A DNA stretch of 64,000 nucleotides from Campylobacterales bacterium (GCA_050252455.1 JBFWKW010000001.1:161151-225150); one strand, 5' to 3'; positions 27,731 through 39,545 are shown, numbered from the stretch's first letter. The notes: generated by a model from the sequence alone, not told the origin. Numbers and translations: made by a program.

Positions 27731-28411
27731 TCAGCCTTCGTATATTTCTTTAATGCTTGACACTTCTACGTATTGGCTTCCGACTTTGAAGTATGCTGTG
27801 CCGTCTACTATCTTGACAGATTCTATCGGGTAAGCGCCGATTGTATTTTTGCCCGTCGTTCCGTCGGTTGCCGTGTATTCTACTTTGACGTAGTATGCGC
27901 CGTCGGCCACTGCCGCGCCGCCGTTATTTGTGCCATCCCAATCTATTTGGAATACACCTTTTGATTTTGCATCATCCCCGGCGTAAGTGAACGTTTTATA
28001 AGTCGTGTTGCCTGTGGAATCTACGATACTGACCGTTGCGGTTGTCGTATCTTTTGGGAGATAAACGTCGAACGTCCCTCCTTTGCCGCCCGATACGTTG
28101 AGAGCCGTTAATCCCGTATCCGCCATTTTGCCTATTGCCGATGACAGTGAGTAGTTAGCCGATGTTTTAAATGCGTTAGTCATATTTTCCATCGCCGTTT
28201 TGGTTGCATTTTGTGCTTCAAGGGCGGATAGCTGGCTCGTTTGGGTAAGCATTTTATCCGTATCCATCGGGCTCGTCGGATCTTGATATTGCAGCTCGAC
28301 CAAAAGCAGTTTCATGAAGGCCTGAGAGTCAAGCTCCGCCTTTGGATTTGTAGCCGTCGTGTTTGAGCCGCTTGTAACCGATGTATTGGTATTTGATACT
28401 GCTGATGCCAT
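27731..28411 (-). CDS. flgD: flagellar hook assembly/capping protein FlgD
   Basis: FMKLLLVELQYQDPTSPMD motif and IDWDGTNNGGAAVADGAYYV Ig-like domain. GGAG RBS. Confidence 0.9.
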   Translation of the reverse strand: MASAVSNTNTSVTSGSNTTATNPKAELDSQAFMKLLLVELQYQDPTSPMDTDKMLTQTSQLSALEAQNATKTAMENMTNAFKTSANYSLSSAIGKMADTGLTALNVSGGKGGTFDVYLPKDTTTATVSIVDSTGNTTYKTFTYAGDDAKSKGVFQIDWDGTNNGGAAVADGAYYVKVEYTATDGTTGKNTIGAYPIESVKIVDGTAYFKVGSQYVEVSSIKEIYEG

Positions 28412-28421
28412 TTTTCGCTCC

Positions 28422-29771
28422 TTACGCGTATTTAGGGTGTGGTACGATGATGTCTAGGCTCTCTATCTTGCCCATTTCGTCGTTGTTTATTTGGTATTTT
28501 TTTGCCGCTTCTTTTTGCCAGTTTTTGTTGTTTTGCTCTTTATTTTGATCCGAGAAGTTGAAGTTCATTTGCAGACTCACAAATCCTTGCGCCATTAGAT
28601 TTTGGCGGAACTCGTTGATATTTTGCATAAACATTTGCATGGTATCTTGGCTTGAGGTCACATTGACTATCAGATTTTGTCCTCTGCTAATGAGCGTAAC
28701 GTCCACCGCTCCAAGATTTTGGGGATTTAGTTCCATCGATACTTTCATCAAAGGCGGACGATAATTGTCTATCGTCTCTTTTATGTCCGATGAGAAATTT
28801 TTGAGAGCTTCGTTGGCAACCGCCATCTTCCCCTTGAGGTCGTTGTCGTTTTGCTTCGGGGCTTCCAAGAAAGCACTACTTACTTGCTCTTTTTTATTTA
28901 CGGGCTCGTCTTTTGGAATATCTTTTTTAAAAGAAAAGCCCTCGTTTTCAATGTCGCTTTTTTCTTTTTTTGCCTCCGGACTCAACTCTTTAAAAGCCGC
29001 CGCAAGAGCATTTTCGGTTTTGGAAGAGAGCTTTTCGCCCTCTTTTTTGCCCTCTTTTATCTCTTTATTTTTTTGAGTTATAGATTTATCGGCGCTATCG
29101 GCATTGTCTTTTTGCTTCAGATTTCCTTGAAGCAGTGTGGCAAGGCTAGGCGTTTCAGTTTTTTGTAGAGCTTGTTTATCCTCTTTTGGAAGCTCTTTTT
29201 TGTTTTTTTGTTCAGTTTGTAGCTGATTATCGGTTTTTAGCTCAGCCTGTATTTGCTTCTTGTCGCTCTGTTTTATTTTTGAAGATTCTGTTTTTTTTGC
29301 CTCCGCCGTCTCTTTGGCTTCAAACTCTTTTGCTGTTTTTGAATCTAGTTTTTCAACCGATAGTTTTTTGACCTCTACACCGCCGTCTTTTGCACTTTCA
29401 AGAAGTTTTTTGAGTGCGCTTTTTTCATGTTTTTTATCGTCTTCGCTATGTTTGGCGGCATTATCTCTTAACTCTTTGACGCTTTTTTCTATCGCCAGCT
29501 TGTCGTTTAGTTTTACTTGCGAGAGGAGGCTTTTGATGTTCAAAAGAGCGCTCTGGTCTATCTCATCCTCTTTTATCTGCGTGTTTTTGAGCTTAAGCGA
29601 GCCGTTTTTATCGAGCTCTATTTCCCCTTTTTTTGTCATTTCGAGGAGCTTTTTTACAAACTCTTTATTGTCTTTTACGTCTATTTTTCCGGCATTTAGT
29701 AGTCCGGCCAAAGCATTTGTTTTGCCTTTGCCTTTTGACGCTGTTTTTAGTGCGACGATTTGCTCGCTCAT
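28422..29771 (-). CDS. fliK: flagellar hook-length control protein FliK
   Basis: K/E-rich low-complexity centre. C-terminal Flg_hook-like block MELNPQNLGAVDVTLISRGQNLIVNV. ATG 29771 (MSEQIV) has a GGTGAG RBS; the longer track ORF would overlap typA. Confidence 0.8.
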   Translation of the reverse strand: MSEQIVALKTASKGKGKTNALAGLLNAGKIDVKDNKEFVKKLLEMTKKGEIELDKNGSLKLKNTQIKEDEIDQSALLNIKSLLSQVKLNDKLAIEKSVKELRDNAAKHSEDDKKHEKSALKKLLESAKDGGVEVKKLSVEKLDSKTAKEFEAKETAEAKKTESSKIKQSDKKQIQAELKTDNQLQTEQKNKKELPKEDKQALQKTETPSLATLLQGNLKQKDNADSADKSITQKNKEIKEGKKEGEKLSSKTENALAAAFKELSPEAKKEKSDIENEGFSFKKDIPKDEPVNKKEQVSSAFLEAPKQNDNDLKGKMAVANEALKNFSSDIKETIDNYRPPLMKVSMELNPQNLGAVDVTLISRGQNLIVNVTSSQDTMQMFMQNINEFRQNLMAQGFVSLQMNFNFSDQNKEQNNKNWQKEAAKKYQINNDEMGKIESLDIIVPHPKYA

Positions 29772-29801
29772 TTTGCTCACCTTAAATGGTTTTTTGAAGA
29801 C

Positions 29802-29819
29802 AAGCAAATAAAGTTCCAT
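29802..29819 (-). promoter_or_regulatory. sigma54 (RpoN) promoter of the fliK-flgD-flgE-paralogue operon
   Basis: Minus-strand ATGGAACTTTATTTGCTT: TGGAAC-N6-TTGCTT with GG-N10-GC spacing, about 30 nt upstream of the fliK ATG. Confidence 0.7.
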
Positions 29820-29885
29820 TCGCAGACAAAAAAGTGAAGCGGCTTTTGAATATAATTCGCAAAAAATTTTAAGATAGGGTAATTT

Positions 29886-31691
29886 ATGCAAGATATCAGA
29901 AACATAGCGGTCATCGCCCACGTTGACCACGGTAAAACGACGCTAGTCGACGGCCTCCTAAAGCAAGCAGGAACATTCAACGAAAGAGACAATGTTGAAG
30001 AAAGGGTGATGGACTCAAACCAACTTGAAAAAGAGAGAGGTATTACGATTCTCTCAAAAAATACCGCCATCAACTACAAAGGCAAAAAAATCAACATCAT
30101 CGACACTCCGGGACACGCCGACTTCGGCGGAGAGGTTGAGAGGGTTCTTAAGATGGTTGACGCCGTTTTGCTTCTTGTGGATGCGCAAGAGGGTGTTATG
30201 CCTCAAACAAAATTCGTCGTAAAAAAAGCGGTCGGACTAGGGCTCAAAATACTTCTAGTCGTAAACAAAATCGACAAACCTGCGGCAGAGCCTCTTAGAA
30301 TTCAAGATGAAGTGTTTGACCTTCTAGCTCAAATGGACGCTTCAGATGAGCAACTTGACTTCCCTGTTGTTTACGCAGCGGCAAGAAACGGTATGTCCAA
30401 GAAAAATCTAGAAGATGCAGACGGTGACCTAACTCCGCTATTTGATATGATACTAGCGCACACGCCAAAACCGACAGGCACGACAGACAATCCGCTTCAA
30501 CTTCAAGTATTTACCCTTGACTACGACAACTATGTGGGAAAAATCGGTATTAGCCGTATATTCAACGGTACGGTCAAGAAAAACCAATCTGTGGTCCTCG
30601 TAAAATCAGACGGTGAAAAAGTAAACGGCAGGGTAACGAAGCTAATCGGCTTTATGGGTCTAGCCAGAATGGAGATAGACGAAGCGCATGCGGGCGACAT
30701 CGTGGCTATCGCCGGATTTGAGACTATCGACGTGGGTGACAGCCTATGTGACCCGAACAATATCTTGCCTCTTGACCCTATGCACATCGAAGAGCCTACG
30801 ATGAGCGTCGTATTCTCGGTTAATGACTCTCCTCTTGCGGGAACTGAAGGCAAACACGTAACAAGCAACAAACTAAGAGAAAGACTTGAGTTTGAGATGA
30901 ATACAAACATCGCTATGAAGCTTGAAGCGGCAGAGGGTGAAGGTAAATTCCAAGTTTCAGGTAGGGGTGAGCTTCAAATTACAATCCTTGCCGAAAACAT
31001 GAGAAGAGAAGGTTTTGAGTTTGGTATTTCAAGACCGCAAGTTATCGTAAAAATCGAAAACGGTACAAAATGTGAGCCGTTTGAGCACCTTGTTGTTGAC
31101 GTGCCGGACGAGTTTAGCGGTACTATCATTGAAATCCTTGGCAAAAGAAAAGCTGAGATGAAATCTATGATACCGATGGGTGTCGGCCAAACAAGAATGG
31201 AGTTTGAAATCCCGGCACGTGCCCTTATCGGTCTTAGAACGCTTTTCCTTACGAGCACGAAAGGCGAGGGTGTTATGAACCACTCATTCCTTGAGTACAG
31301 ACCGTTTAACGGCGAAGTCGAGAGCAGAATGAACGGCGCACTTATCTCTATGGAAAACGGCGTAGCTACGGGATACTCTATATTCAACCTTCAAGATAGA
31401 GGCACGATGTTCCTAGGCCCTCAAACAAAAGTTTATGAGGGGATGATAATCGGCGAACACTCAAGAAGCAACGACCTTGAAGTGAACGTAACAAAAGAAA
31501 AACAACAATCAAATGTTCGTTCTTCAGGCGCAGATGAGGCTATCAAGCTTGTTCCGCCAAGAGAGATGAATCTTGAAAGAGCGCTTGAGTGGATAGAAGA
31601 TGACGAGCTTGTAGAGGTAACTCCTGTTAGCATCAGAATTAGAAAAAGATATCTTGATGCAAATAGCAGAAAAAGATTTGGTAAAAAGTAG
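29886..31691 (+). CDS. typA: translational GTPase TypA/BipA
   Basis: [37 protein letters not shown]. 601 aa. Confidence 0.96.
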   Translation: MQDIRNIAVIAHVDHGKTTLVDGLLKQAGTFNERDNVEERVMDSNQLEKERGITILSKNTAINYKGKKINIIDTPGHADFGGEVERVLKMVDAVLLLVDAQEGVMPQTKFVVKKAVGLGLKILLVVNKIDKPAAEPLRIQDEVFDLLAQMDASDEQLDFPVVYAAARNGMSKKNLEDADGDLTPLFDMILAHTPKPTGTTDNPLQLQVFTLDYDNYVGKIGISRIFNGTVKKNQSVVLVKSDGEKVNGRVTKLIGFMGLARMEIDEAHAGDIVAIAGFETIDVGDSLCDPNNILPLDPMHIEEPTMSVVFSVNDSPLAGTEGKHVTSNKLRERLEFEMNTNIAMKLEAAEGEGKFQVSGRGELQITILAENMRREGFEFGISRPQVIVKIENGTKCEPFEHLVVDVPDEFSGTIIEILGKRKAEMKSMIPMGVGQTRMEFEIPARALIGLRTLFLTSTKGEGVMNHSFLEYRPFNGEVESRMNGALISMENGVATGYSIFNLQDRGTMFLGPQTKVYEGMIIGEHSRSNDLEVNVTKEKQQSNVRSSGADEAIKLVPPREMNLERALEWIEDDELVEVTPVSIRIRKRYLDANSRKRFGKK

Positions 31692-31716
31692 TACAATCAG
31701 ATAAAGGGGGCTTAAA

Positions 31717-31953
31717 ATGGATGCAATGACTTTTTTTGTCGGTATCATCGCTTTTTGTATGGTTGTATTGACGGTAGTTGCGGTAGGTTTTTTGATTTCG
31801 CTGTCAAGAAGCGTAAAGTCGCTAGATGAAAAAGTTACATTGCTCGTATTTGAGCTCTCCCAGATACTTCCAAATATCCGTAAAACTACTCAAAACATTG
31901 CGGATATGAGCGGAGTATTAAATATATTCTCATTTTTCAAAAAATCCAAATAA
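31717..31953 (+). CDS. small membrane protein (DUF948-like: one TM plus a helical tail)
   Basis: 78 aa. N-terminal TM FFVGIIAFCMVVLTVVAVGFLI. RBS AAGGGGG. Confidence 0.55.
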   Translation: MDAMTFFVGIIAFCMVVLTVVAVGFLISLSRSVKSLDEKVTLLVFELSQILPNIRKTTQNIADMSGVLNIFSFFKKSK

Positions 31954-31960
31954 GGAGTTT

Positions 31961-32278
31961 ATGATGGATAGATCGGCTGTATGTATATTTGTGGGGGCGC
32001 TTGTAGGCGCTGCGGCAACTTACGGTGTTATGAAAAATAAAGACAAAATAGTAGAGAAATTTGAGGAGCTTGAGGGCAAACTTGAAGATACTCTAAAAAG
32101 CAAAGGCATGACTGCCGAAAAAGCTAAAGAGGTATACCAAAAGGTATCTGACAATGTTCATGCGTCAATGGATAAAATCAAAGAGATGCTACACTCTAAA
32201 AATATTGCGGATATGGACAAAGAGCAAATCCTAAAAGAAATCGAAGCCCTTAAAGCAAAAGTAGACAAATTATCTTAA
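31961..32278 (+). CDS. YtxH-like protein
   Basis: 105 aa. N-terminal FVGALVGAAATYGVM followed by a charged helical region. AAGGAG RBS. Confidence 0.55.
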   Translation: MMDRSAVCIFVGALVGAAATYGVMKNKDKIVEKFEELEGKLEDTLKSKGMTAEKAKEVYQKVSDNVHASMDKIKEMLHSKNIADMDKEQILKEIEALKAKVDKLS

Positions 32279-32281
32279 AAA

Positions 32282-32302
32282 AAGCGGACATCTCGTCCGC
32301 TT
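32282..32302 (+). terminator. intrinsic terminator
   Basis: AAGCGGAC-atctc-GTCCGCTT followed by AAGTTTTATTTT. Confidence 0.7.
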
Positions 32303-32348
32303 AAGTTTTATTTTGTTAAAATCCCGCTCTCATTTTATTAGTAGCAAT

Positions 32349-32425
32349 GGCAAGGTAGCTCAGCTGGTTAGAGCGCTGGTCTCATAAGCCGGAGGTCGAG
32401 GGTTCGAGTCCCTCTCTTGCTACCA
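32349..32425 (+). tRNA. tRNA with CAT anticodon (elongator Met, or Ile2 if lysidine-modified)
   Basis: 77-nt cloverleaf: GGCAAGG-TA-GCTC-AGCTGGTTA-GAGC-G-CTGGT-CTCATAA-GCCGG-AGGTC-GAGGG-TTCGAGT-CCCTC-TCTTGCT-A-CCA. It is not an initiator: no C1:A72 mismatch and no GGG/CCC anticodon stem. Confidence 0.9.
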
Positions 32426-32440
32426 CCCACATTAAAGTCT

Positions 32441-32509
32441 CAAAAACATCCCACAATTTATCTAATTTTTACCCCTATCTTTGTAAAATTACATACCAAA
32501 AACATCCCA
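32441..32509 (+). repeat. 13-bp direct repeat pair CAAAAACATCCCA
   Basis: Identical copies at 32441-32453 and 32497-32509, just 3' of the tRNA and upstream of a small ORF. Confidence 0.6.
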
Positions 32510-32566
32510 TCAAAGTTGGAGCGGTTTTTGCACGATTAACGTGAAATCTTTTTAGGAGGACGGCAA

Positions 32567-32737
32567 ATGAGAATAGCTTATGCCGAAGTGCTTCAGGGTT
32601 TTGAGTATGATGAGGAAAATTCATACTGGGTCAGGAAAGAGGATGGCAGAGCATTTCATCTACTTGAAAAAGATGAAAACGACATGGTAAAAATTGCCGA
32701 AGCCTGTGAAGATAGCGGAAACTACCAAATAGTTTAA
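32567..32737 (+). CDS. possible 56-aa acidic protein (below the ORF-track cutoff)
   Basis: ATG lies 6 nt after AGGAGGA. MRIAYAEVLQGFEYDEENSYWVRKEDGRAFHLLEKDENDMVKIAEACEDSGNYQIV. Followed by a hairpin. Confidence 0.4.
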   Translation: MRIAYAEVLQGFEYDEENSYWVRKEDGRAFHLLEKDENDMVKIAEACEDSGNYQIV

Positions 32738-32750
32738 GCTCCTAACTTTC

Positions 32751-32786
32751 AATGGTATAAAGTGGCGCATTACGCTTTATGCCATT
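32751..32786 (+). terminator. stem-loop after the small ORF
   Basis: AATGGTATAAAG-(12 nt)-CTTTATGCCATT: 12-bp stem with one G-U pair, followed by GCTTCTTTT. Confidence 0.45.
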
Positions 32787-32927
32787 GCTTCTTTTAACAA
32801 CTTCATTTACAAAAACTTATGCTACTTTTTGAAAATATATAATATAAAAAATTACAAAAATTAATATTTAATGTTCAGTTAATATTTCTTATCATAAAAT
32901 CGAATATTCTGTTTCTAAGGAGTGTTT

Positions 32928-33257
32928 ATGAATGGAATTAGGTTATATGCCGCTGGAGCGCTTTTGATATCGCTTACGACAATGTCGTACGCCGGTATAG
33001 AAGCGGGACAAAAGTTATATACCAAAGCCTGTAAAAATTGCCACGGTAATGGCGCAAAAGGCGCTGCAATGGCTACTCAAGAAGGTTGGGATAAGTGGTT
33101 TGCCAATGGAGCCTCTGCAATCATAGAGAGACACAAGGGTGATGCGAAAGCAAATGCATATTTCGGCGGCTCTAATTTTAAAGAGCAGATGCAAGATTTG
33201 CATGAGTTTTTAAAAGAATACGGCTCTGACAGCGGCAATACGCCGGGCTGCGGCTGA
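32928..33257 (+). CDS. secreted monoheme c-type cytochrome
   Basis: Signal peptide and a single CKNCHG heme site. ATG lies 5 nt after AAGGAG; the track start at 32922 is GTG. Confidence 0.85.
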   Translation: MNGIRLYAAGALLISLTTMSYAGIEAGQKLYTKACKNCHGNGAKGAAMATQEGWDKWFANGASAIIERHKGDAKANAYFGGSNFKEQMQDLHEFLKEYGSDSGNTPGCG

Positions 33258-33279
33258 TTAATCTAATAAAGGAGTGTTT

Positions 33280-34941
33280 ATGAAAAGAATAAGTGCATTT
33301 TCACTAGCTGCGATGCTAGCGACTTCATCTTTTGCTGCAGACGATATGGCTGCACTAAAAGCAGAATTAAACGAGCTAAAAGCTCAAATAGCGGAATTAA
33401 AGAAAGGCCAAGAGGTTACAGATCTTAAAACTCTTGCTGAGCAAGTAAAAGAGATAAAAGTAAGAACTGGTGGCGATAACGTCAAGTGGGATATAGATTA
33501 TAGGGCTAGCTATGATTACATAAGATATAACATGGCTGGCGCACAGACAATGTATGCGACTCCTACGGCCGCCCTTAATGGTGCTGCTCTGACTGGTATG
33601 GGATTTGGTGATGTATCGTCTAATTTTGGTTATCCAGCTGGCAGTGTTTATGCTAGTAGAATGGCTGCTGCAAATAATGCATCAAATCCTGCCTTGCTAA
33701 CGAATAGATTGATACTTGGTATGAAGGCTGCCCCAACTAAAGATGTAAGCTTTATAGGTAAGCTATCCATGAATAAAGCATTTGGCGATACTGCCAATCA
33801 TAGTCAATCAAATACTATGCCAGGCAATGCTAATTTTGATTGGATAACAAATGAAAATGCTCTTAACACTACTGTAAATGTAAAAGAAGCTTATTTTATA
33901 TACTTTGGCGATGCAGGCCCAGTATCATATACGGCTAGTATTGGTAGAAGACCATCGTATGATGGATTGCCTGGCAATATGAGAGAGGGTAATGCAAATG
34001 CCAATTCTCCTCTATCTCATTTAATTAATGTTGAGTATGATGGCGCAAGTTTTCTATTTAACCTAGAAAAGGTGACAAGCGTTCCTGGTATGAGTTTCAA
34101 GCTCTGCATGGGTAAAGGCCTTACAAATGCCAAGCCTAGATTCCAAATGGATGGAACAGACTACAGCAAAGATAAGACAAAAAATGGCGATGTTGATTTG
34201 TATGGCTTTATATTCGTGCCTTACGATGATGGTCAATATTCTGTTCATTCTATGTTCTTTAAAGCTAACAATATGATAGGTTATGCCCAGAGTGACATGT
34301 TTAATTATCAGGTAGCATATGCAAACTATGCACTAGCCAGAATGGCCGGGGCAAGTACATCAAATTTGAACGATTTGTCATATGCTTACAATAATGCGGC
34401 TAGCGCAATGCAATTTCGTAATACTGGAGCTTTAAATGGTGGCACCGTTGTTGCGATGGCAAACGGTATTGGTAATGGATGGAGCGATTTCCTTGACAAC
34501 ACTACGGCATTTGTAAGCTATGCATTTACAAAAACTCAGCCTAATGCAAATGGCATGCTGGGCACGACAGATCCTAAGTTTGGTAGCTCATGGTGGGTTG
34601 GTGTGCAAATGCCTGCCATGATTACAAAAGATGGCAAAATTGGCTTTGAATACAACAAGGGTTCAAAATATTGGAGAAGTGTAACATATGGTGAAGATAC
34701 GATGGTTGGCTCCAAGCTTGCAGCTAGAGGTAAGGCTTGGGAAGGTTACTACAGCCAACCGCTTACAAAAAATCTTGATATGCAACTAAGATATACGCAA
34801 ATTAGTTATGACTACACTGGAAGCAATGGTTTCTTTGGTGCCGAAGGTACTCCATATACAATGGATGAAGCCGTGTCAATGGGTATGAACCCTGTTAAAT
34901 CTGCATCTGACGCAAGAGCTTATATCAGATACAGATACTAA
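33280..34941 (+). CDS. outer-membrane beta-barrel protein (DUF3373-like) with N-terminal coiled coil
   Basis: Signal peptide ...SSFA, ALKAELNELKAQIAELKK coiled coil, alternating aromatic/Gly-rich pattern, C-terminal ...YIRYRY. Same AAGGAGTGTTTATGAA start context as the cytochrome gene. Confidence 0.7.
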   Translation: MKRISAFSLAAMLATSSFAADDMAALKAELNELKAQIAELKKGQEVTDLKTLAEQVKEIKVRTGGDNVKWDIDYRASYDYIRYNMAGAQTMYATPTAALNGAALTGMGFGDVSSNFGYPAGSVYASRMAAANNASNPALLTNRLILGMKAAPTKDVSFIGKLSMNKAFGDTANHSQSNTMPGNANFDWITNENALNTTVNVKEAYFIYFGDAGPVSYTASIGRRPSYDGLPGNMREGNANANSPLSHLINVEYDGASFLFNLEKVTSVPGMSFKLCMGKGLTNAKPRFQMDGTDYSKDKTKNGDVDLYGFIFVPYDDGQYSVHSMFFKANNMIGYAQSDMFNYQVAYANYALARMAGASTSNLNDLSYAYNNAASAMQFRNTGALNGGTVVAMANGIGNGWSDFLDNTTAFVSYAFTKTQPNANGMLGTTDPKFGSSWWVGVQMPAMITKDGKIGFEYNKGSKYWRSVTYGEDTMVGSKLAARGKAWEGYYSQPLTKNLDMQLRYTQISYDYTGSNGFFGAEGTPYTMDEAVSMGMNPVKSASDARAYIRYRY

Positions 34942-34948
34942 AAACTCT

Positions 34949-34972
34949 CTAGCGAGGCTTAGGCCTTGCTAG
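34949..34972. terminator. convergent stem-loop between the OMP gene and aroK
   Basis: CTAGCGAGGC-ttag-GCCTTGCTAG: 10-bp stem with one G-U pair. Overlaps the aroK stop. Confidence 0.5.
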
Positions 34973-35447
34973 AAACCTCTTTTAATACACTTTCAAACTC
35001 CATATTCGCATCCACTATCAACTCGGACTTTTGCGTATAGATAGGCTCTCTTATTTCAAATATTTTTTTAGCAAATTCTACATCAGCAAATAGCGGTCTT
35101 TTGTCAAACTCTTCGGCTTTTAGCCTCTCTAGCAAGGTCTCAAAATCAACTTTTAGATATATTGTTTTGCCTAGACTTGAGAAATCATCTATAACTGTTG
35201 GCATGCCGCCGCCCGTTGATATGACGGCATTTGAGACATTGGCACGCAGCCATTCGAAACATTTTTTTTCACACTCTCTGAAATACGTTTCACCTTTTTG
35301 TTCAAACATATCTCTGATTTTTTGCCCCTCAAAGCTCTCGATGAGTGCATCGGTATCGACAAAATATAGCCCTTTTTCTTTTGCAAGAGCTCGCCCTACG
35401 CTGCTTTTTCCGCTCCCCATAAATCCTATAAGCACAATGTTATTCAT
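34959..35447 (-). CDS. aroK: shikimate kinase
   Basis: MNNIVLIGFMGSGKSSVGR Walker A. 162 aa. ATGA overlap with the upstream gene stop; the track start at 35483 lies inside that gene. Confidence 0.9.
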   Translation of the reverse strand: MNNIVLIGFMGSGKSSVGRALAKEKGLYFVDTDALIESFEGQKIRDMFEQKGETYFRECEKKCFEWLRANVSNAVISTGGGMPTVIDDFSSLGKTIYLKVDFETLLERLKAEEFDKRPLFADVEFAKKIFEIREPIYTQKSELIVDANMEFESVLKEVSSKA

Positions 35448-35722
35448 TGTGATACCTTGATTGTTTTGAGCGGGTCCATACATTTTTCGATATCGTATGT
35501 CTTTTTGATACGTTCACCGTCTATCGTTTGATACTCTATGGTTATTTTCCTCACTTTTACCGACTCGACGGGTGGGGTGATGGTGATGGGCGCGAGTGGC
35601 TCAACCTTATTTATCTGAGACATGGATGCTTCCGCAAGGTTTTCTTTTTGCGGAGCTTTAAACGGGTTTTCTCTCGCAAACAGCGATAGTGAGAGCACTG
35701 CTAGCATAAGTGCTGTTCTCAT
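35444..35722 (-). CDS. small secreted protein
   Basis: 92 aa. Signal peptide MRTALMLAVLSLSLFA. ATGA overlaps on both sides, consistent with an operon. Confidence 0.6.
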   Translation of the reverse strand: MRTALMLAVLSLSLFARENPFKAPQKENLAEASMSQINKVEPLAPITITPPVESVKVRKITIEYQTIDGERIKKTYDIEKCMDPLKTIKVSQ

Positions 35723-35994
35723 TTGTCTCCTTCTAGTCTTTTTAGCTCAAAATACTCTTTTTGGTATTTGGCGTTTTGTTCTTTTAGTTTTTCTATTTCC
35801 GATTTGAGGTGGTCTCGTTGGTCTTCTAAGCTAAAAAGAGTGGATACGGAGTTTTGCCCAAATAATAATGAGCCTGTGTAGACGGCAAACAAAGCAACGA
35901 GACCAAAAAGAGCAACAAGCTTCCATACGCCGCTACTAAAATCAAATAGTTTGCGGCGTCTAGGACTTTCTAACTCCTCTAAAATCTCGTTCAT
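35719..35994 (-). CDS. FtsB/DivIC-like septum formation initiator
   Basis: 91 aa: one TM (WKLVALFGLVALFAVY) followed by a coiled coil (LKSEIEKLKEQNAKYQKEYFELK). Confidence 0.65.
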   Translation of the reverse strand: MNEILEELESPRRRKLFDFSSGVWKLVALFGLVALFAVYTGSLLFGQNSVSTLFSLEDQRDHLKSEIEKLKEQNAKYQKEYFELKRLEGDK

Positions 35995-35997
35995 ATT

Positions 35998-38312
<2,315 letters not shown>

Positions 38313-38408
38313 CGGGTTTGGGCCTTTTTGCGGGATTATAGGATTATGTTAACACTTGGACGCTTAAAGTAGGAAGCGGTAAAATCCGCCAAAAAAGACG
38401 GAAAAAAT

Positions 38409-39269
38409 ATGCCAAAAATAAGCGTTGCCCACTCGCCTGATGCAGATGATATTTTTATGTATTATGCCATTAAGTTTGGATGGGTGAATACCGGAGATTT
38501 GGAGTTTGACAACATCGCCCTTGACATCGAGACCTTAAACGAAGAGGCATTGAGAGGGACTTATGACGCCACGGCAATTAGCTTTGGCGCATATCCGTTT
38601 ATGAGAGACGACTACGCTTTGCTCCGCTGTGCAATGAGCTTTGGAGAGGGGTATGGGCCAAAGTTGGTCAAAAAAAGAGGTGCAAAGCTAAAAAAGAATT
38701 TCAAAGTGGCTCTAAGCGGAAAATACACGACAAATGCGATGCTTTTTCGAATAGCCTATCCTGACGCTCGTCCAATATATATGAACTTTCTCGAAATCGA
38801 AAAGGCAGTACTTGATGGCGTAGTCGATGCGGGAGTGCTCATTCATGAAGCGATACTGACATACTCGGATGAGCTGGAAGTGGAGCGCGAAATATTTGAT
38901 ATTTGGCAAGGGCTGGCGGGCGATATGCCGCTCCCTCTGGGGGGGATGGCGATTAGGCGCTCAATACCGCTTCTTAGGGCTATTAATATCGAAAATATAC
39001 TGCTTGACGCGGTGAGAATAGGTGTAAAAAACAAAGAGACCCTCAGTCGTATGCTTTTAGAGCGTGATCTCATCAGGGTGGATGCCAAAAAGCTGGAAAA
39101 ATACCTCTCGATGTACGCAAATGAACGCTCTGAAACGATAGATGAGACGTCGCTTGCGGCTATTGATAAGCTGTTTGAAATAGGATATAATCACGGCATT
39201 TACGACAAAAAATTAGATGCGGCGGCGATGATGTTGCCAAAAGAGTATGTCGATTATAGATTTAGTTAA
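38409..39269 (+). CDS. mqnD: 1,4-dihydroxy-6-naphthoate synthase-like (MqnD, futalosine menaquinone pathway)
   Basis: ISVAHSPDADDIFMYYAI, DIETLNEEAL, AISFGAY and GEGYGP match the MqnD pattern I recall (HSPCPND..F.., DI..LN). It could instead be the related MqnA. Confidence 0.65.
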   Translation: MPKISVAHSPDADDIFMYYAIKFGWVNTGDLEFDNIALDIETLNEEALRGTYDATAISFGAYPFMRDDYALLRCAMSFGEGYGPKLVKKRGAKLKKNFKVALSGKYTTNAMLFRIAYPDARPIYMNFLEIEKAVLDGVVDAGVLIHEAILTYSDELEVEREIFDIWQGLAGDMPLPLGGMAIRRSIPLLRAINIENILLDAVRIGVKNKETLSRMLLERDLIRVDAKKLEKYLSMYANERSETIDETSLAAIDKLFEIGYNHGIYDKKLDAAAMMLPKEYVDYRFS

Positions 39270-39278
39270 GGGGATAGG

Positions 39279-39545
39279 GTGGAAGCTAAGCTGATGGCGT
39301 TAACCGTAGAGACGCTAAAAATTACGCTTATAATCTCTATGCCGCTCCTCCTCGCCGGACTTCTCGCCGGACTTGTAGTAAGTATATTTCAGGCCACTAC
39401 GCAAATCAATGAGGCGACCCTCTCTTTTTTGCCAAAAATTGTCCTTACCGGTGTCGTTATGCTCTTTACGATGCCGTGGATGATGAATGAACTGATTGAC
39501 TTTACGACCCGCATTATCCGTATGATTCCCACCTTCGTCTTCTGA
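39279..39545 (+). CDS. fliQ: flagellar export apparatus protein FliQ
   Basis: 88 aa. SIFQATTQINEATLSFLPKI core motif. GTG start. Confidence 0.9.
   Translation: MEAKLMALTVETLKITLIISMPLLLAGLLAGLVVSIFQATTQINEATLSFLPKIVLTGVVMLFTMPWMMNELIDFTTRIIRMIPTFVF

Noticed and set aside
29260-29811. 183-aa plus-strand ORF (and neighbouring plus-strand ORFs at 28765-29371)
   Set aside because: They are antisense to the K/E-rich fliK gene. Poly-S/F/L translation is the expected mirror of a lysine/glutamate-rich gene.
29772-29930. N-terminal extension of fliK in the track ORF (start 29930)
   Set aside because: It would overlap the typA start and run through the sigma54 promoter. The ATG at 29771 has an RBS and sits at the correct distance from the promoter.
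32426-34958. Integrative element at the tRNA-Met 3' end
   Set aside because: There is no integrase, and no duplication of the tRNA 3' end. The 13-bp repeats do not match tRNA sequence. I kept it only as a possible old islet.
38939-38945. G7 homopolymer inside mqnD as a phase-variation tract
   Set aside because: It is shorter than the G8+ tracts typical of Campylobacter contingency loci, and it lies in a housekeeping gene. I saw no longer G/C tracts anywhere in the window.
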